64,000 bases of DNA from assembly GCA_030141605.1 (NCBI GenBank), contig JAQGDQ010000633.1:58285-122284 (forward strand). Reading direction: 5' to 3'. This document shows, one piece after another, positions 49,270 to 61,241 of the stretch. The stretch is from Tubiluchus corallicola (Eukaryota > Animalia > Priapulida). The first letter of the stretch is position 1. Every line of letters starts with the position of its first letter. The notes below the pieces were generated by a model, which saw only the letters and a list, made by a program, of their open reading frames with translations, was not told the origin of the DNA and made no database searches. Position numbers and translations under genes: made by a program.

Positions 49270-50109
49270 GTAAGTGACATGTCAGTACACCAAAGTAGAG
49301 TAATGGGCCTTTTCTCAGTTGCAGCGATTGATGGTGATCGTGGAAAGGTCAAAGGTTAAGTGTACCAGACAACGCATTTGTGCCTTGCAGCCATGCTATT
49401 GTAATAGCAACAATTTTAACAGCTAGCTAGAACTTTACCTAGTTCATTTTTTCTTCTTCCCAAGCAAGATCCTGCTAGTAAATCACTCTATGCACAGACT
49501 AATGCACTTGACCAGCAGTTTTGCTTTGAATCTGTCACCCGCTTGTCCAGTGCAGTTAACCTCGTTGTTTCTGGAAGCTAAACATTTAATCACTTGACCA
49601 GCGGTTTGCTTTTGAAGTTCCCGCTGCTTTTCACAGGGGAAACAAGATCACCACCAACTGCAGCTCAAGCACTAGGTGACTAGGTGTTCTGAGTGAATAT
49701 GTACAGTATACAGTAACTGATTTTCAATGTTTTTATCATTATGAGAATTTAATACACCAACTTCTGCATGAAGAAATGAAGCAACCAACCTTTCATGAAG
49801 TTTTGTAATTTTTAGTAGTAATAAACAGATTTGTGGGATTTTTTAATTTTTTTTATTAATTTATATAAATTAGTATTCTTAACTAATTGTACATATGAAT
49901 TTTGACATTGATTCATTTCTAAAATTCATTTAAAGCTTTTTTGGTTAATTGATTCAGTCGGTTAATTGGGTCAAAATACTTTCATCCCAAAGTGAGTCAC
50001 ATACGCGGCGCCTACTGTAGGATATTAGGTATTTAAATGGTCTGTAAATATTGTTTTAATAAATATTTAAAAATTATGTTTATATTTAATTATGGTCGGT
50101 AAATATAAA

Positions 50110-50385
50110 CTAACTGACGCTTGGTACCTGTTTGCTTGAGAGAGTGTGCCCCAACAAGAGCACCTCTTGCGTAGTCATCGTTTGTTGCCATAGTAACGTA
50201 CGCCTATATAATATTAATAAAATCATACATATTATAAATCTATATCCCCCGTTCCTCTCGGTGGGCCCGATTCGAAAAATAATCCCCCAATGGCACGACA
50301 CTAGATCGAGACCTTTCGTTTGATGTATAGATTGCCGCAAATGGTGCCGTCGTCCGATCTGTAGCGTCGAATCTTATATATATAT
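50110..50385 (-). mobile_element. second copy of the Helitron-like family
   Basis: reverse complement of 10790-10960. Confidence 0.5.
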
Positions 50386-51157
50386 AACATACCAGTAGAA
50401 TTAATATATAGATATATTATATATGTGTATTCCCACTGCAGTACAATTATTCTTTTATGATAACGATAGTGTATGAAACATAAACATTGTGTATGGCACC
50501 GTCCCGGGCCCATTCCAGTGTTTCAGAAATAAGAGGTATAAGTTTTACAAGCCTGGTACAGATTATGCAAAACAAGGCATCATTGATAAATCTTTAGAGC
50601 TGATGTCAACATAGCTGAATCTATTATCTTTCTTCCTACCATTTCCACTAACACATCCTTCTACGCTTACTGTGTCATCTAACCTTTCTCCCGGTTCTTT
50701 TTTTGTTAACTCATCCATTCTTTTTTTATCGGGTTCACATGACACAAGCCTTTGCTTCTCTAGCCCACTGCAGTACAATTATTCTTTTATGATAACGATA
50801 GTGTATGAAACATAACAATTTAATGCAGTATGATGTAATAATTTTGATGTCACTGTGTGCTTAATGTCATTATATTGTACTGAATGTGATAATAATAATA
50901 ATAATAAAAATTATATATATAATAAGTTGATATCTATCTATATTGGATATTGTGTTTAAATATCTGCCTTTATTAAGTGTTTAAATGGTGTGTAAAGCAA
51001 AAGTGATTTATTGACATGTTACTTTATCAGAAAATAAAATCTGTGCATTTGAAATCAATTATTAAATTATACTGTATGATCTTTGTTGCTGCTGTATCTT
51101 CGAAACTTATTGATACCGATAAAGTAAATTACTAACTGATATTTTTTTGAATTCTAG

Positions 51158-51254
51158 CGACGTACCTGATTATTTGAACAAGGAGAAGTCACACTTCAAC
51201 ATTGAACAGTTCATCGAATCGCGACACGAATCAGAAAGAATATTTTATAGGAAG
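51158..51254 (+). CDS. DENND3: DENND3-like exon 11 (dDENN)
   Basis: CDVPDYLNKEKSHFNIEQFIESRHESERIFYRK (compare [23 protein letters not shown]...FYKQ); phase 2-0. Confidence 0.92.
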
Positions 51255-53124
51255 GTGAGTTCATTATCTTCACCTTTTCCCAAATTAGCCGGCGACTGTC
51301 GGTATCGTTAACAGGGACGTCACCGCCGCGCAGGCAGAGATTGTGACACCGATGTGATGTCACCGTCACGCGAGCAGAGATTGTGACACCGACGTGATGT
51401 CACGAAGATGAGTGCTACGTCACACTGATGTCACAGACGAACACTGCAGTTCATGATCGTGCTTATCAAGGTACCGCGCCTATTATTCTGTCACACGAAT
51501 GTGACATCTTAGTGGATTTGCTGAGCCGCTCGTATTTTTGAAAGTTTAGCACTATTTAACAGTCCGAGGTAATTATTATTTAATCTAAGCTTTGATTTAA
51601 AAGAGTTGTTGTAGTTTTCAATATTTTAGAGCATACTTTATTTTGAACTAATGTCTACAGAATCATCCGGTTTTCATTTAAATATGTAAACATGTTAACA
51701 TGTATAACATATAAATCTAAACATATTAAAGACTGCGTAAACTTATTTAATTTACACATATATTTCATTTTGATGGAAATAACTTGATATCACGTATAAA
51801 AAAACATCAAATTTATGCAGACGAAAATTATGTATATAAAAGATATTTATCTACAATTACTTAACAGGCAACTTTACATTGTTATTCAATCTGCCGTGTT
51901 AATCAGTGCTCGAATTAACCTGTTTTATTGTCAAATGTAGGGTAGCCGACTTGATCACTTTTTAGTCAATTTGCTAGTTAAATTCTTAGGCTTTATATTT
52001 ACTTTATTAACACATTTATTGCTCTAACTATGTTTGTATATTTGTATTTTGTAATTGTAATTTATAATCACTTCAGCATGCATTTTTACTTTACAATTTG
52101 CATTATTATCTTTAACTATTATGCCCTACAACTGAAATATAGTTACAATAATTGTAACAGAACTACATTAGTATTCTATAGCATGATATAGTTAGGGAAA
52201 AAATTCCAAATATAATTACAAAAATTTAACCGAAGTGTACCAACATAGTTACTAAACTACATAATAGTTTATCAACAAGAAATAGATGCTGCATGGTGGT
52301 CAAGAAGCAAAGCTTGTAAGACCACCACGAAAAGTGGAGAAAACGACTTAATTTACAAGAGAGAGAATTATAGAAAAACAGGGAGTAGTTAAGATAAAAT
52401 AATAGACAGAGATAGAGAAAAAGAGAAAAGAAATGAATTAGAAAGAAGTTCAAGAGGTATTACATGTACACGTTTCTGAAATTTTATAGAGAATTTTTTT
52501 CAATTCAATTTTAATTTATTTATCTCTTTATAATGCTACAATAAAACATGATTAATAAAAGAATCTCTAATAAGTTTTGAAAAATGGTTGAAATATATAT
52601 ATAGATCTAGAACTAGAGAAAGGATAGCGAAAAGACTATAAAGTCACCTAGGCTGCTATCCTTTACCAAATATAGATAAAAAGATTTTTTATACACTGGT
52701 GGGCATTAATGTTATCAGTTTAATTTAGGAAACATTAGTATTTTTTACAATTATGACATTTTCTATATAATTCAGAGAAAAGAATATACATGTAGTTTAA
52801 TTAGCGGGCAACAAAATAAGGTCAATCTTGATTAAACTAAAAATTACATTTAGATTTTATGTGAAATACAGGTCAAAATTGTTATGAAATGATAAAAACA
52901 CTTTGGGTTAATAATGCTATTAATCAACAACAGGAGTTAAATACATTTTGATTTGAGTTCAACTTCATTATTTCTAGGCTTATTGATTAAAAGCAAAGCT
53001 ACATATCAAATAAGCTTGATCTAATTTGAATTTGTATATTAACAAGTGGGATTCAAACAATAATAGACTTATTAACCTACAAGAATCATTCGAAAACCTT
53101 GAAAGATCATTGATTGTCTTCCAG

Positions 53125-53264
53125 GTTTTACGCTCAGACATGTTTCGACAGTTTCTTGGTGGCTTGATAGAACAGAAGACGGTGTGGAGTAAAGAGTTCT
53201 TACAGCTTTCTTCATCTGATGTGCAAATACGCTCCAGAAGGACCTCCTCGGTTCTTCAGAACAG
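53125..53264 (+). CDS. DENND3: DENND3-like exon 12
   Basis: VLRSDMFRQFLGGLIEQKTVWSKEFLQLSSSDVQIRSRRTSSVLQN (compare VLDTYMFHSFL); phase 0-2. Confidence 0.9.
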
Positions 53265-54717
53265 GTAAGACGGTGTGGAGTAAAGAGTTCTTACAGCTTT
53301 CTTCTTCTGATGTGCAAATACGCTCCAGAAGGACTTCCTCGGTTCTTCAGAACAGGTAAGACGGTGTGGAGTAAAGAGTTCTTACAGCTTTCTTCATCTG
53401 ATGTGCAAATACGCTCCAGAAGGACCTCCTCGGTTCTTCAGAACAGGTAAGATGGTGTGGAGTAAAGAGTTCTTGCAGCTTTCTTCTTCCGATGTGCAAA
53501 TACGCTCCAGAAGGACCTCCTCGGTTCTTCAGAACAGGTAAGACGGTGTGGAGTAAAGAGTTCTTACAGCTTTCTTCTTCTGATGTGCAAATACGCTCCA
53601 GAAGGACTTCCTCGGTTCTTCAGAACAGGTAAGACGGTGTGGAGTAAAGAGTTCTTACAGCTTTCTTCTTCAGATGTGCAAATACGCTCCAGAAGGACTT
53701 CCTCGGTTCTTCAGAACAGGTAAGACGGTGTGGAGTAAAGAGTTCTTACAGCTTTCTTCTTCTGATGTGCAAATACGCTTCAGAAGGACCTCCTCGGTTC
53801 TTCAGAACAGGTAAGACGGTGTGGAGTAAAGAGTTCTTACAGCTTTCTTCTTCTGATGTGCAAATACGCTCCAGAAGGACCTCCTCGGTTCTTCGGAACA
53901 GGTAAGACGGTGTGGAGTAAAGAGTTTTTACAGCTTTCTTCTTCTGATGTGCAAATACGCTCCAGAAGGACCTCCTCGGTTCTTCGGAACAGGTAAGACG
54001 GTGTGGAGTAAAGAGTTCTTACAGCTTTCTTCTTCTGATGTGCAAATACGCTCCAGAAGGACTTCCTCGGTTCTTCAGAACAGGTAAGACGGTGTGGAGT
54101 AAAGAGTTCTTACAGCTTTCTTCTGATGTGCAAATACGCTCCAGAAGGACTTCCTCGGTTCTTCAGAACAGGTAAGACGGTGTGGAGTAAAGAGTTCTTA
54201 CAGCTTTCTTCTTCTGATGTGCAAATACGCTCCAGAAGGACCTCCTCGGTTCTTCAGAACAGGTAAGACGGTGTGGAGTAAAGAGTTCTTACAGGTTTCT
54301 TCTTCTGATGTGCAAATACGCTCCAGAAGGACCTCCTCGGTTCTTCGGAACAGGTAAGACGGTGTGGAGTAAAGAGTTCTTACAGCTTTCTTCTTCTGAT
54401 GTGCAAATACGCTCCAGAAGGACCTCCTCGGTTCTTCAGAACAGGTAAGACGGTGTGGAGTAAAGAGTTCTTACAGCTTTCTTCTTCTGATGTGCAAATA
54501 CGCTCCAGAAGGACTTCCTCGGTTCTTCAGAACAGGTAAGACGGTGTGGAGTAAAGAGTTCTTACAGCTTTCTTCTGATGTGCAAATACGCTCCAGAAGG
54601 ACTTCCTCGGTTCTTCAGAACAGGTAAGACGGTGTGGAGTAAAGAGTTCTTACAGCTTTCTTCTGATGTGCAAATACGCTCCAGAAGGACTTCCTCGGTT
54701 CTTCAGAACAGGTAAGA
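53176..54717 (+). repeat. 91-bp minisatellite, 17 copies, made of the exon 12 3' part plus its donor
   Basis: 14 units of 91 bp and 3 of 88 bp, each ending AACAG|GTAAGA. Confidence 0.97.
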
Positions 54718-55822
54718 AAACAGGGAAGTTTTATGATGAAGGAAGATTTGGCGTAAGAATTAGATGCTTAAAGTTGTTCATGCGGTAATCTGATTTTGTT
54801 GTTCAGTAAATGTCACTTCTGTGTTTCCTATCTATTTTTCAAATGCTATGTTAATTTTTACTGGTCTGCTTATTCATTACTATTTGGCTTCTGTTAAATA
54901 CTTAATTAGTGCTTAATTTACTGTATCAATTTCTTTACTGGTCTGTTTATTCATTACTATTTGGCTTCTGTTAAATACTTAATTAGTGCATAAAAGCGTC
55001 TGCCTGTATAAACTGATCGTATGTTTGTAAATATACTGATGATGATGACAGCAGCAGCTAGTCGAAACGTTTGGCATGATTTTAACTTTGAACTTTTTAA
55101 TTTAAACGTTTTTAATAAAGTTGTGTTGTTTTTAGCTATAAACATTTCAATATTGTCACACGGTGGCAGCTCGTGGCTACAGTTACTGGGGTCGTGCTTC
55201 AGAAAATGTTCATTACTTTAATATTATGTGAAACCAAACAAACATATAAAATGATTATTTAGTTAAAAAGAAACAGTACCTTATGCTTGCACAACAGGGT
55301 CGGCACTGCGTGAGCGACAGTGCTTTCTCTACTTAGTGTGCAGCTTTTTATCTCGGACAAGCACGCATGGCCACGTGAGCACAACAGCCGAACACCACGT
55401 CGCTGGAGCTGTGAAGTTCTGTCAGGTGTTCTGGTTCCGTACAAGGATTATGTAATGTACAAGTATAAAGAAAGTATTAAAGAAAAAGAACTCGTTATGT
55501 TGAATGTTATCTATGATATCGAGTGACAATAGGTGGTGCTGCAGTTCCACATTGCCTACACATGAGCTGCCACTGTTTCTTATTTACATGGGATTGTACC
55601 TTATGTAGAAACAATGGGTAAATATTGTTTATTATTTTTTGTATATCATTTCTGATCCTCATTATGGCCATGACATACTTTTGCCTACTTTGTACTGAGC
55701 TTGAATTAAATACTTTATAATGTAAATCCAGTGTTGGTTTTGTTAGACAATCAATCCATTACTAACAGGTGTAGACTCAATCATAGTGGTGCTACAATCG
55801 TCTTGTCGGCTTTGGAAGTTAA

Positions 55823-56971
55823 CTCTTTCAGGACCGCACCGTTCAAAATAGGTCTTATAAGACCTATGACTTTTCTGCTACTGTATGAGCACAGACATAA
55901 CTAAACGATTACAAATTAGGTACTGTTCTATTCAAGATAATCTCGGCTATTCAGTCTTTCTATTTGTTTATACATTTATAAGTGGTTTAACTGGATAAAA
56001 TTAAGAAAAGCGCCCTCTTTTCAGGGGCTACAACTTAGCCTATCGAGTAGCTTGGTCTGGTGTACACTTGCGTGATCATACATGTGATTTTATTGATCGC
56101 CTGCTTGCTACAGTCCAAGCGGTGCTGTGTTCTGCTTGTATTCCATCAATCAAGGAGAAATTAAGATCGTTTCATCTTTTAACAGGATTTTCTTCTTAAA
56201 AATAGAGTGGACTTGAGGCCAAAGTTTATCAGAGTGTTGTGTCTGGATAGTTGCAATTTTCTGCATTAACTGATTTCACACAAGTGATACTGTACATTGC
56301 AAACACTGCAGTTACTGAAAGTTTTTTCAATTTATTCGTCAAAAATCAATTTTTAATTTGTCTAGATAAGCAAATGCATGGAGAATATCGGCTGTCCAGT
56401 CATAGTTTTTGTCTAAACATTTGTAAGTGATTTAATTAGATAAAATTAAGAAAAAAAACACACCCTTTTAAAGCACTCAAATTAGGCTATTGAGTAGCTT
56501 AGTCTGGTGTACACTTACGTGATTGTACACACTAATTTATCGATCACATGCTTGCTACAGCCCAAGCTGTGCAGTGTTTTGCTGTTATTCCAGGAAAAAC
56601 CAACCGATCCGCTAAGGACAAATTAAGGTGGTTTCATCTTTTAACAGGAATTTATAGTTAAAAACAGAGTAGATTTGAAGCCAGTCTGTTAGTGTGGAAT
56701 CTGGGATAGCTGAAATTGTTTGCATTAGCTGATTTCACACAAGTGGTACTGTATATTGTTAACGTGCAAACACTGCAGTTACTGAAAGCTTTTTTCAATA
56801 TTTTTATCTAAGGTAAGGGAATGCACTTCCCATGTAATTTTACATGAAAGTTCATTGTATGAGGAGTAGAAACCTACAAAATTTATCAAGTATAATGTAA
56901 TCGCTGCTTAGTGAGAGCAGTTTTTCATGAAGCCGTGTAAAATGCAGCAAACGCTTACGGTCCTGAAGGAG
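55823..56971. mobile_element. piggyBac-like non-autonomous element with ~400-bp internal duplication
   Basis: TTAA|CTCTTTCAGGACCG...CGGTCCTGAAGGAG|TTAA. Confidence 0.85.
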
Positions 56972-57808
56972 TTAATTTAGTCATTCTAGTCATTTACACT
57001 TGTTCCTACTTGACAACTTTTGTTCACCTTCTTGTTTACTACTTTAAAATTCCATGTAAGTTTTTTGGTAGAGTTTAAAAATGAATCAACTTTGAATTGT
57101 AATTTTCTGTTCTGTTTCATTGAGTTCATATACCTGCTGTACCTGTTCACATTAGCGGCTCATGTATAGGCACTACGGTAGTGCAGCGCCCCCTGTTTTC
57201 ACTCGTTATTATCGATAATATTCAATATAATAAGTCTTTTTTCTTTTCTTATACATGTGCGGAATGTGAGGGAAGTACAATTTGCTGTCATGTGGTGTTT
57301 GGCTGTTGTGTGAGTGCGACCGTGCGGACATGTCTGAGATAACGCGCTGTATGTTACCATCTGCTGCTAAGTAGAAAACTACTGTCTCTAATACAGTAAC
57401 ACTTGTCACATGCTTACCGTGCACCGTCATATTCTTGGATGTGATAAAGTGTAAACTTAGCATGTGCGCTTAAAACATAAATAATTTAATAATAGATGCC
57501 TTGCATCCCCAAGAAATAAGCTCTGTGACTGAAAGTGAACTACAACAGCTTAATTTTTCACAGTTGAGAAAGATGCAGTTAAGAAAAGAGGCCGTTCAAC
57601 ACCCGATCTTCAAATATAACTACAACATTAAATTACACATATTTGTTTTATTTTACACAGCATTAAAACAATGACTAAAAATTTCCTGAAGCACCACCCG
57701 CACTAATTTTAGCTATGTGCCGCCACTGCTTACTCACCTGCTCAGTTGTTGGTGGGGTCGGGGGTAGGGGGAGCAACTTGAGGCAACCATTTTTACTACT
57801 TTTTTTAG

Positions 57809-57962
57809 GTTATCCAAGTCGCAGCTTAAAAAGATTGCAACAACGTGCCTTTTATACTCTGAGCGCAAGAGCGTCGTATTTCACCTCCCGTCAGTGAAGC
57901 CACAGAAAGGGGAAGGTCATTATTACGAGCGTTGTATGAGTGAGTTGAACAAAATTCTAAAT
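57809..57962 (+). CDS. DENND3: DENND3-like exon 13
   Basis: RLSKSQLKKIATTCLLYSERKSVVFHLPSVKPQKGEGHYYERCMSELNKILN; TTTTTTAG| ... |GTAAGT; phase 2-0. Confidence 0.85.
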
Positions 57963-58002
57963 GTAAGTGGTTTCCGCTATTGCAGAGGGAACGAGAGTGA
58001 CC

Positions 58003-60426
58003 TCTGTGACAAGCTTAATGAACTACTTAACCCTTTCACTATGTAGTTGCTTTTTAACATGTGTACTTTGTGACATGCTTAATGAACTACTTAACCCTTT
58101 CACTACGTAGTTGCTTTTTAACACGTGTACTCTGTGACATGCTTAATGAACTACTTAACCCTTTCATTACATAGTTGCTTTTTAACAGGTGTACTTTGTG
58201 ACATGCTTAATGAACTACTTAACCCTTTCACTACGTAGTTGCTTTTTAACACGTGTACTCTGTGACATGCTTAATGAACTACTTAACCCTTTCACTACGT
58301 TGTTGCTTTTTAACACGTGTACTCCGTGACAAGCTTAATGAACTACTCAACCCTTTCATTACCTAGTTGCTTTTTAACACGTGTACTCTGTGACAAGCTT
58401 AATGAACTACTCAACCCTTTCACTACGTAGTTGCTTTTTAACACGTGTACTCTGTGACATGCTTAATGAACTACTTAACCCTTTCACTACGTTGTTGCTT
58501 TTTAACACGTGTACTCTGTGACAAGCTTAATGAACTACTTAACCCTTTCATTACGTAGTTGCTTTTTAACACGTGTACTCTGTGACAAGCTTAATGAACT
58601 ACTCAACCCTTTCACTACGTAGTTGCTTTTTAACACGTGTACTCTGTGACATGCTTAATGAACTACTTAACCCTTTCACTACGTTGTTGCTTTTTAACAC
58701 GTGTACTCTGTGACATGCTTAATGAACTACTTAACCCTTTCACTACGTAGTTGCTTTTTAACACGTGTACTCTGTGACAAGCTTAATGAACTACTTAACC
58801 CTTTCATTACATAGTTGCTTTTTAACACGTGTACTCTGTGACAAGCTTAATGAACTACTTAACCCTTTCATTACATAGTTGCTTTTTAACACGTGTACTC
58901 CGTGACATGCTTAATGAACTACTTAACCCCTGCACTACGTAGTTGCTTTTTAACACGTGTACTCCGTGACAAGCTTAATGAACTACTTAACCCTTTCATT
59001 TCGTAGTTGCTTTTTAACACGTGTATTCTGTGACAAGCTTAATGAACTACTTAACCCTTTCACTACGTAGTTGCTTTTTAACACGTGTACTCTGTGACAT
59101 GCTTAATGAACTACTTAACCCTTTCACTACGTTGTTGCTTTTTAACACGTGTACTCCGTGACATGCTTAATGAACTACTTAACCCTTTCACTACGTAGTT
59201 GCTTTTTAACACGTGTACTCTGTGACAAGCTTAATGAACTACTTAACCCTTTCATTACATAGTTGCTTTTTAACACGTGTACTCTGTGACATGCTTAATG
59301 AACTACTTAACCCTTTCATTACATAGTTGCTTTTTAACACGTGTACTCTGTGACATGCTTAATGAACTACTTAACCCTTTCATTACATAGTTGCTTTTTA
59401 ACACGTGTACTCTGTGACATGCTTAATGAACTACTTAACCCTTTCACTACGTTGTTGCTTTTTAACACGTGTACTCTGTGACAAGCTTAATGAACTACTT
59501 AACCCTTTCACTATGTAGTTGCTTTTTAACACGTGTACTCTGTGACATGCTTAATGAACTACTTAACCCTTTCACTACGTTGTTGCTTTTTAACACGTGT
59601 ACTCTGTGACATGCTTAATGAACTACTTAACCCTTTCACTACGTAGTTGCTTTTTAACACGTGTACTCTGTGACAAGCTTAATGAACTACTTAACCCTTT
59701 CATTACATAGTTGCTTTTTAACACGTGTACTCTGTGACAAGCTTAATAAACTACTTAACCCTTTCACTACATAGCTGCTTTTTAACACGTGTACTCTGTG
59801 ATAAGCTTAATGAACTACTTAACCCTTTCACTACGTTGTTGCTTTTTAACACGTGTACTCTGTGACAAGCTTAATGAACTACTTAACCCTTTCACTACGT
59901 TGTTGCTTTTTAACACGTGTACTCTGTGACATGCTTAATGAACTACTTAACCCTTTCACTACGTAGTTGCTTTTTAACACGTGTACTCTGTGATAAGCTT
60001 AATGAACTACTTAACCCTTTCACTACGTAGTTGCTTTTTAACACGTGTACTCTGTGACATGCTTAATGAACTACTTAACCCTTTCACTACGTAGTTGCTT
60101 TTTAACACGTGTACTCTGTGATAAGCTTAATGAACTACTTAACCCTTTCACTACGTAGTTGCTTTTTAACACGTGTACTCTGTGACATGCTTAATGAACT
60201 ACTTAACCCTTTCACTACGTAGTTGCTTTTTAACACGTGTACTCTGTGACAAGCTTAATGAACTACTTAACCCTTTCACTACATAGTTACTTTTTAACAC
60301 GTGTACTCTGTGACAAGCTTAATGAGCTACTTAACCCTTTCATTACATAGTTGCTTTTTAACACATGTACTTTGTGACAAGCTTAATGAACTACTTAACC
60401 CTTTCACTACGTTGTTGCTTTTTAAC
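58003..60426. repeat. 64-bp minisatellite, ~38 copies, containing a piggyBac TTAA plus TIR
   Basis: unit TCTGTGACAAGCTTAATGAACTACTTAACCCTTTCACTACGTAGTTGCTTTTTAACACGTGTAC. Confidence 0.97.
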
Positions 60427-61225
60427 TGGGCCACAATGACTTTTGCACATTTGACAATAACTTCTTGTGAACAAGTAGTTGTTCGTTATTGAGTACTAAT
60501 ATTAAATATTTGTTTTGTTTCTACATGTGTACACACATGCAAGCTCACATACGCATGCACGCACGCACACACACATGCGAGCACACATATGCACATGTGC
60601 ACACACACATAAATAAGCAAGTACAGTGTTCCCCCACTTACTGCAGGTGTTCCGTTCCAGGTCCACCCGCGATAAGTGAATTTCCACGAAGTACTTATTT
60701 TAGGGCGCAAGTACTACATTTTGATTTTGGTGTGTATTCATCCGCCGAATAAATACACTATTTACTGTAAATGGTAATTTTTTATAATTTGTAATATTCT
60801 TTTAATGTTAGAATTAATATTTTAAAATATTTTTATGCATTTTGTGATTTTTTTTATGCAAAATTCATCAAATCTATACATTACTGTACAATACGTACTA
60901 TGCATGTGCAAAAATGCTTTAGACGGAGTACCGCAAAAACCCATGAAACAGCAAAAATACCGCGATAAATATTTTACATTAATATTTTTGAAAACCTGCG
61001 AAACAGCGAGTCTGCGATAAACAAACCGCGAAGTAGCGAGGAAACACTACTTATATTTAGAAACCAGTTTTCACAAAAGTTGCGACACTAATCCATAATA
61101 TGCACTCATTTCATAAGAATGCAGAACAATCAACTAAACATACTTTTCATCAACGATCTACAATTGATTTTGCATGGGAACATACCATATAGTACAGTAT
61201 TGTGAATCCACCGGGCTTCAGACGC
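60399..61225. mobile_element. third piggyBac-like MITE copy (partial) with nested Tigger-like MITE at 60624-61047
   Basis: continues from the last array unit and matches 44315 onward; nested TA|CAGTGTTCCCCC...GAGGAAACAC. Confidence 0.75.
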
Positions 61226-61241
61226 TGGGAACTTCAGACTA

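Noticed and set aside
53265-54717. Array units acting as repeated mini-exons via internal TTACAG
   Set aside because: Would need 32-nt introns and gives 59-nt, frame-shifting exons.
55746-55820. Extra DENND3 exon between exons 12 and 13
   Set aside because: Exons 12 and 13 already join in phase; no convincing donor and the segment runs into a piggyBac-like element.
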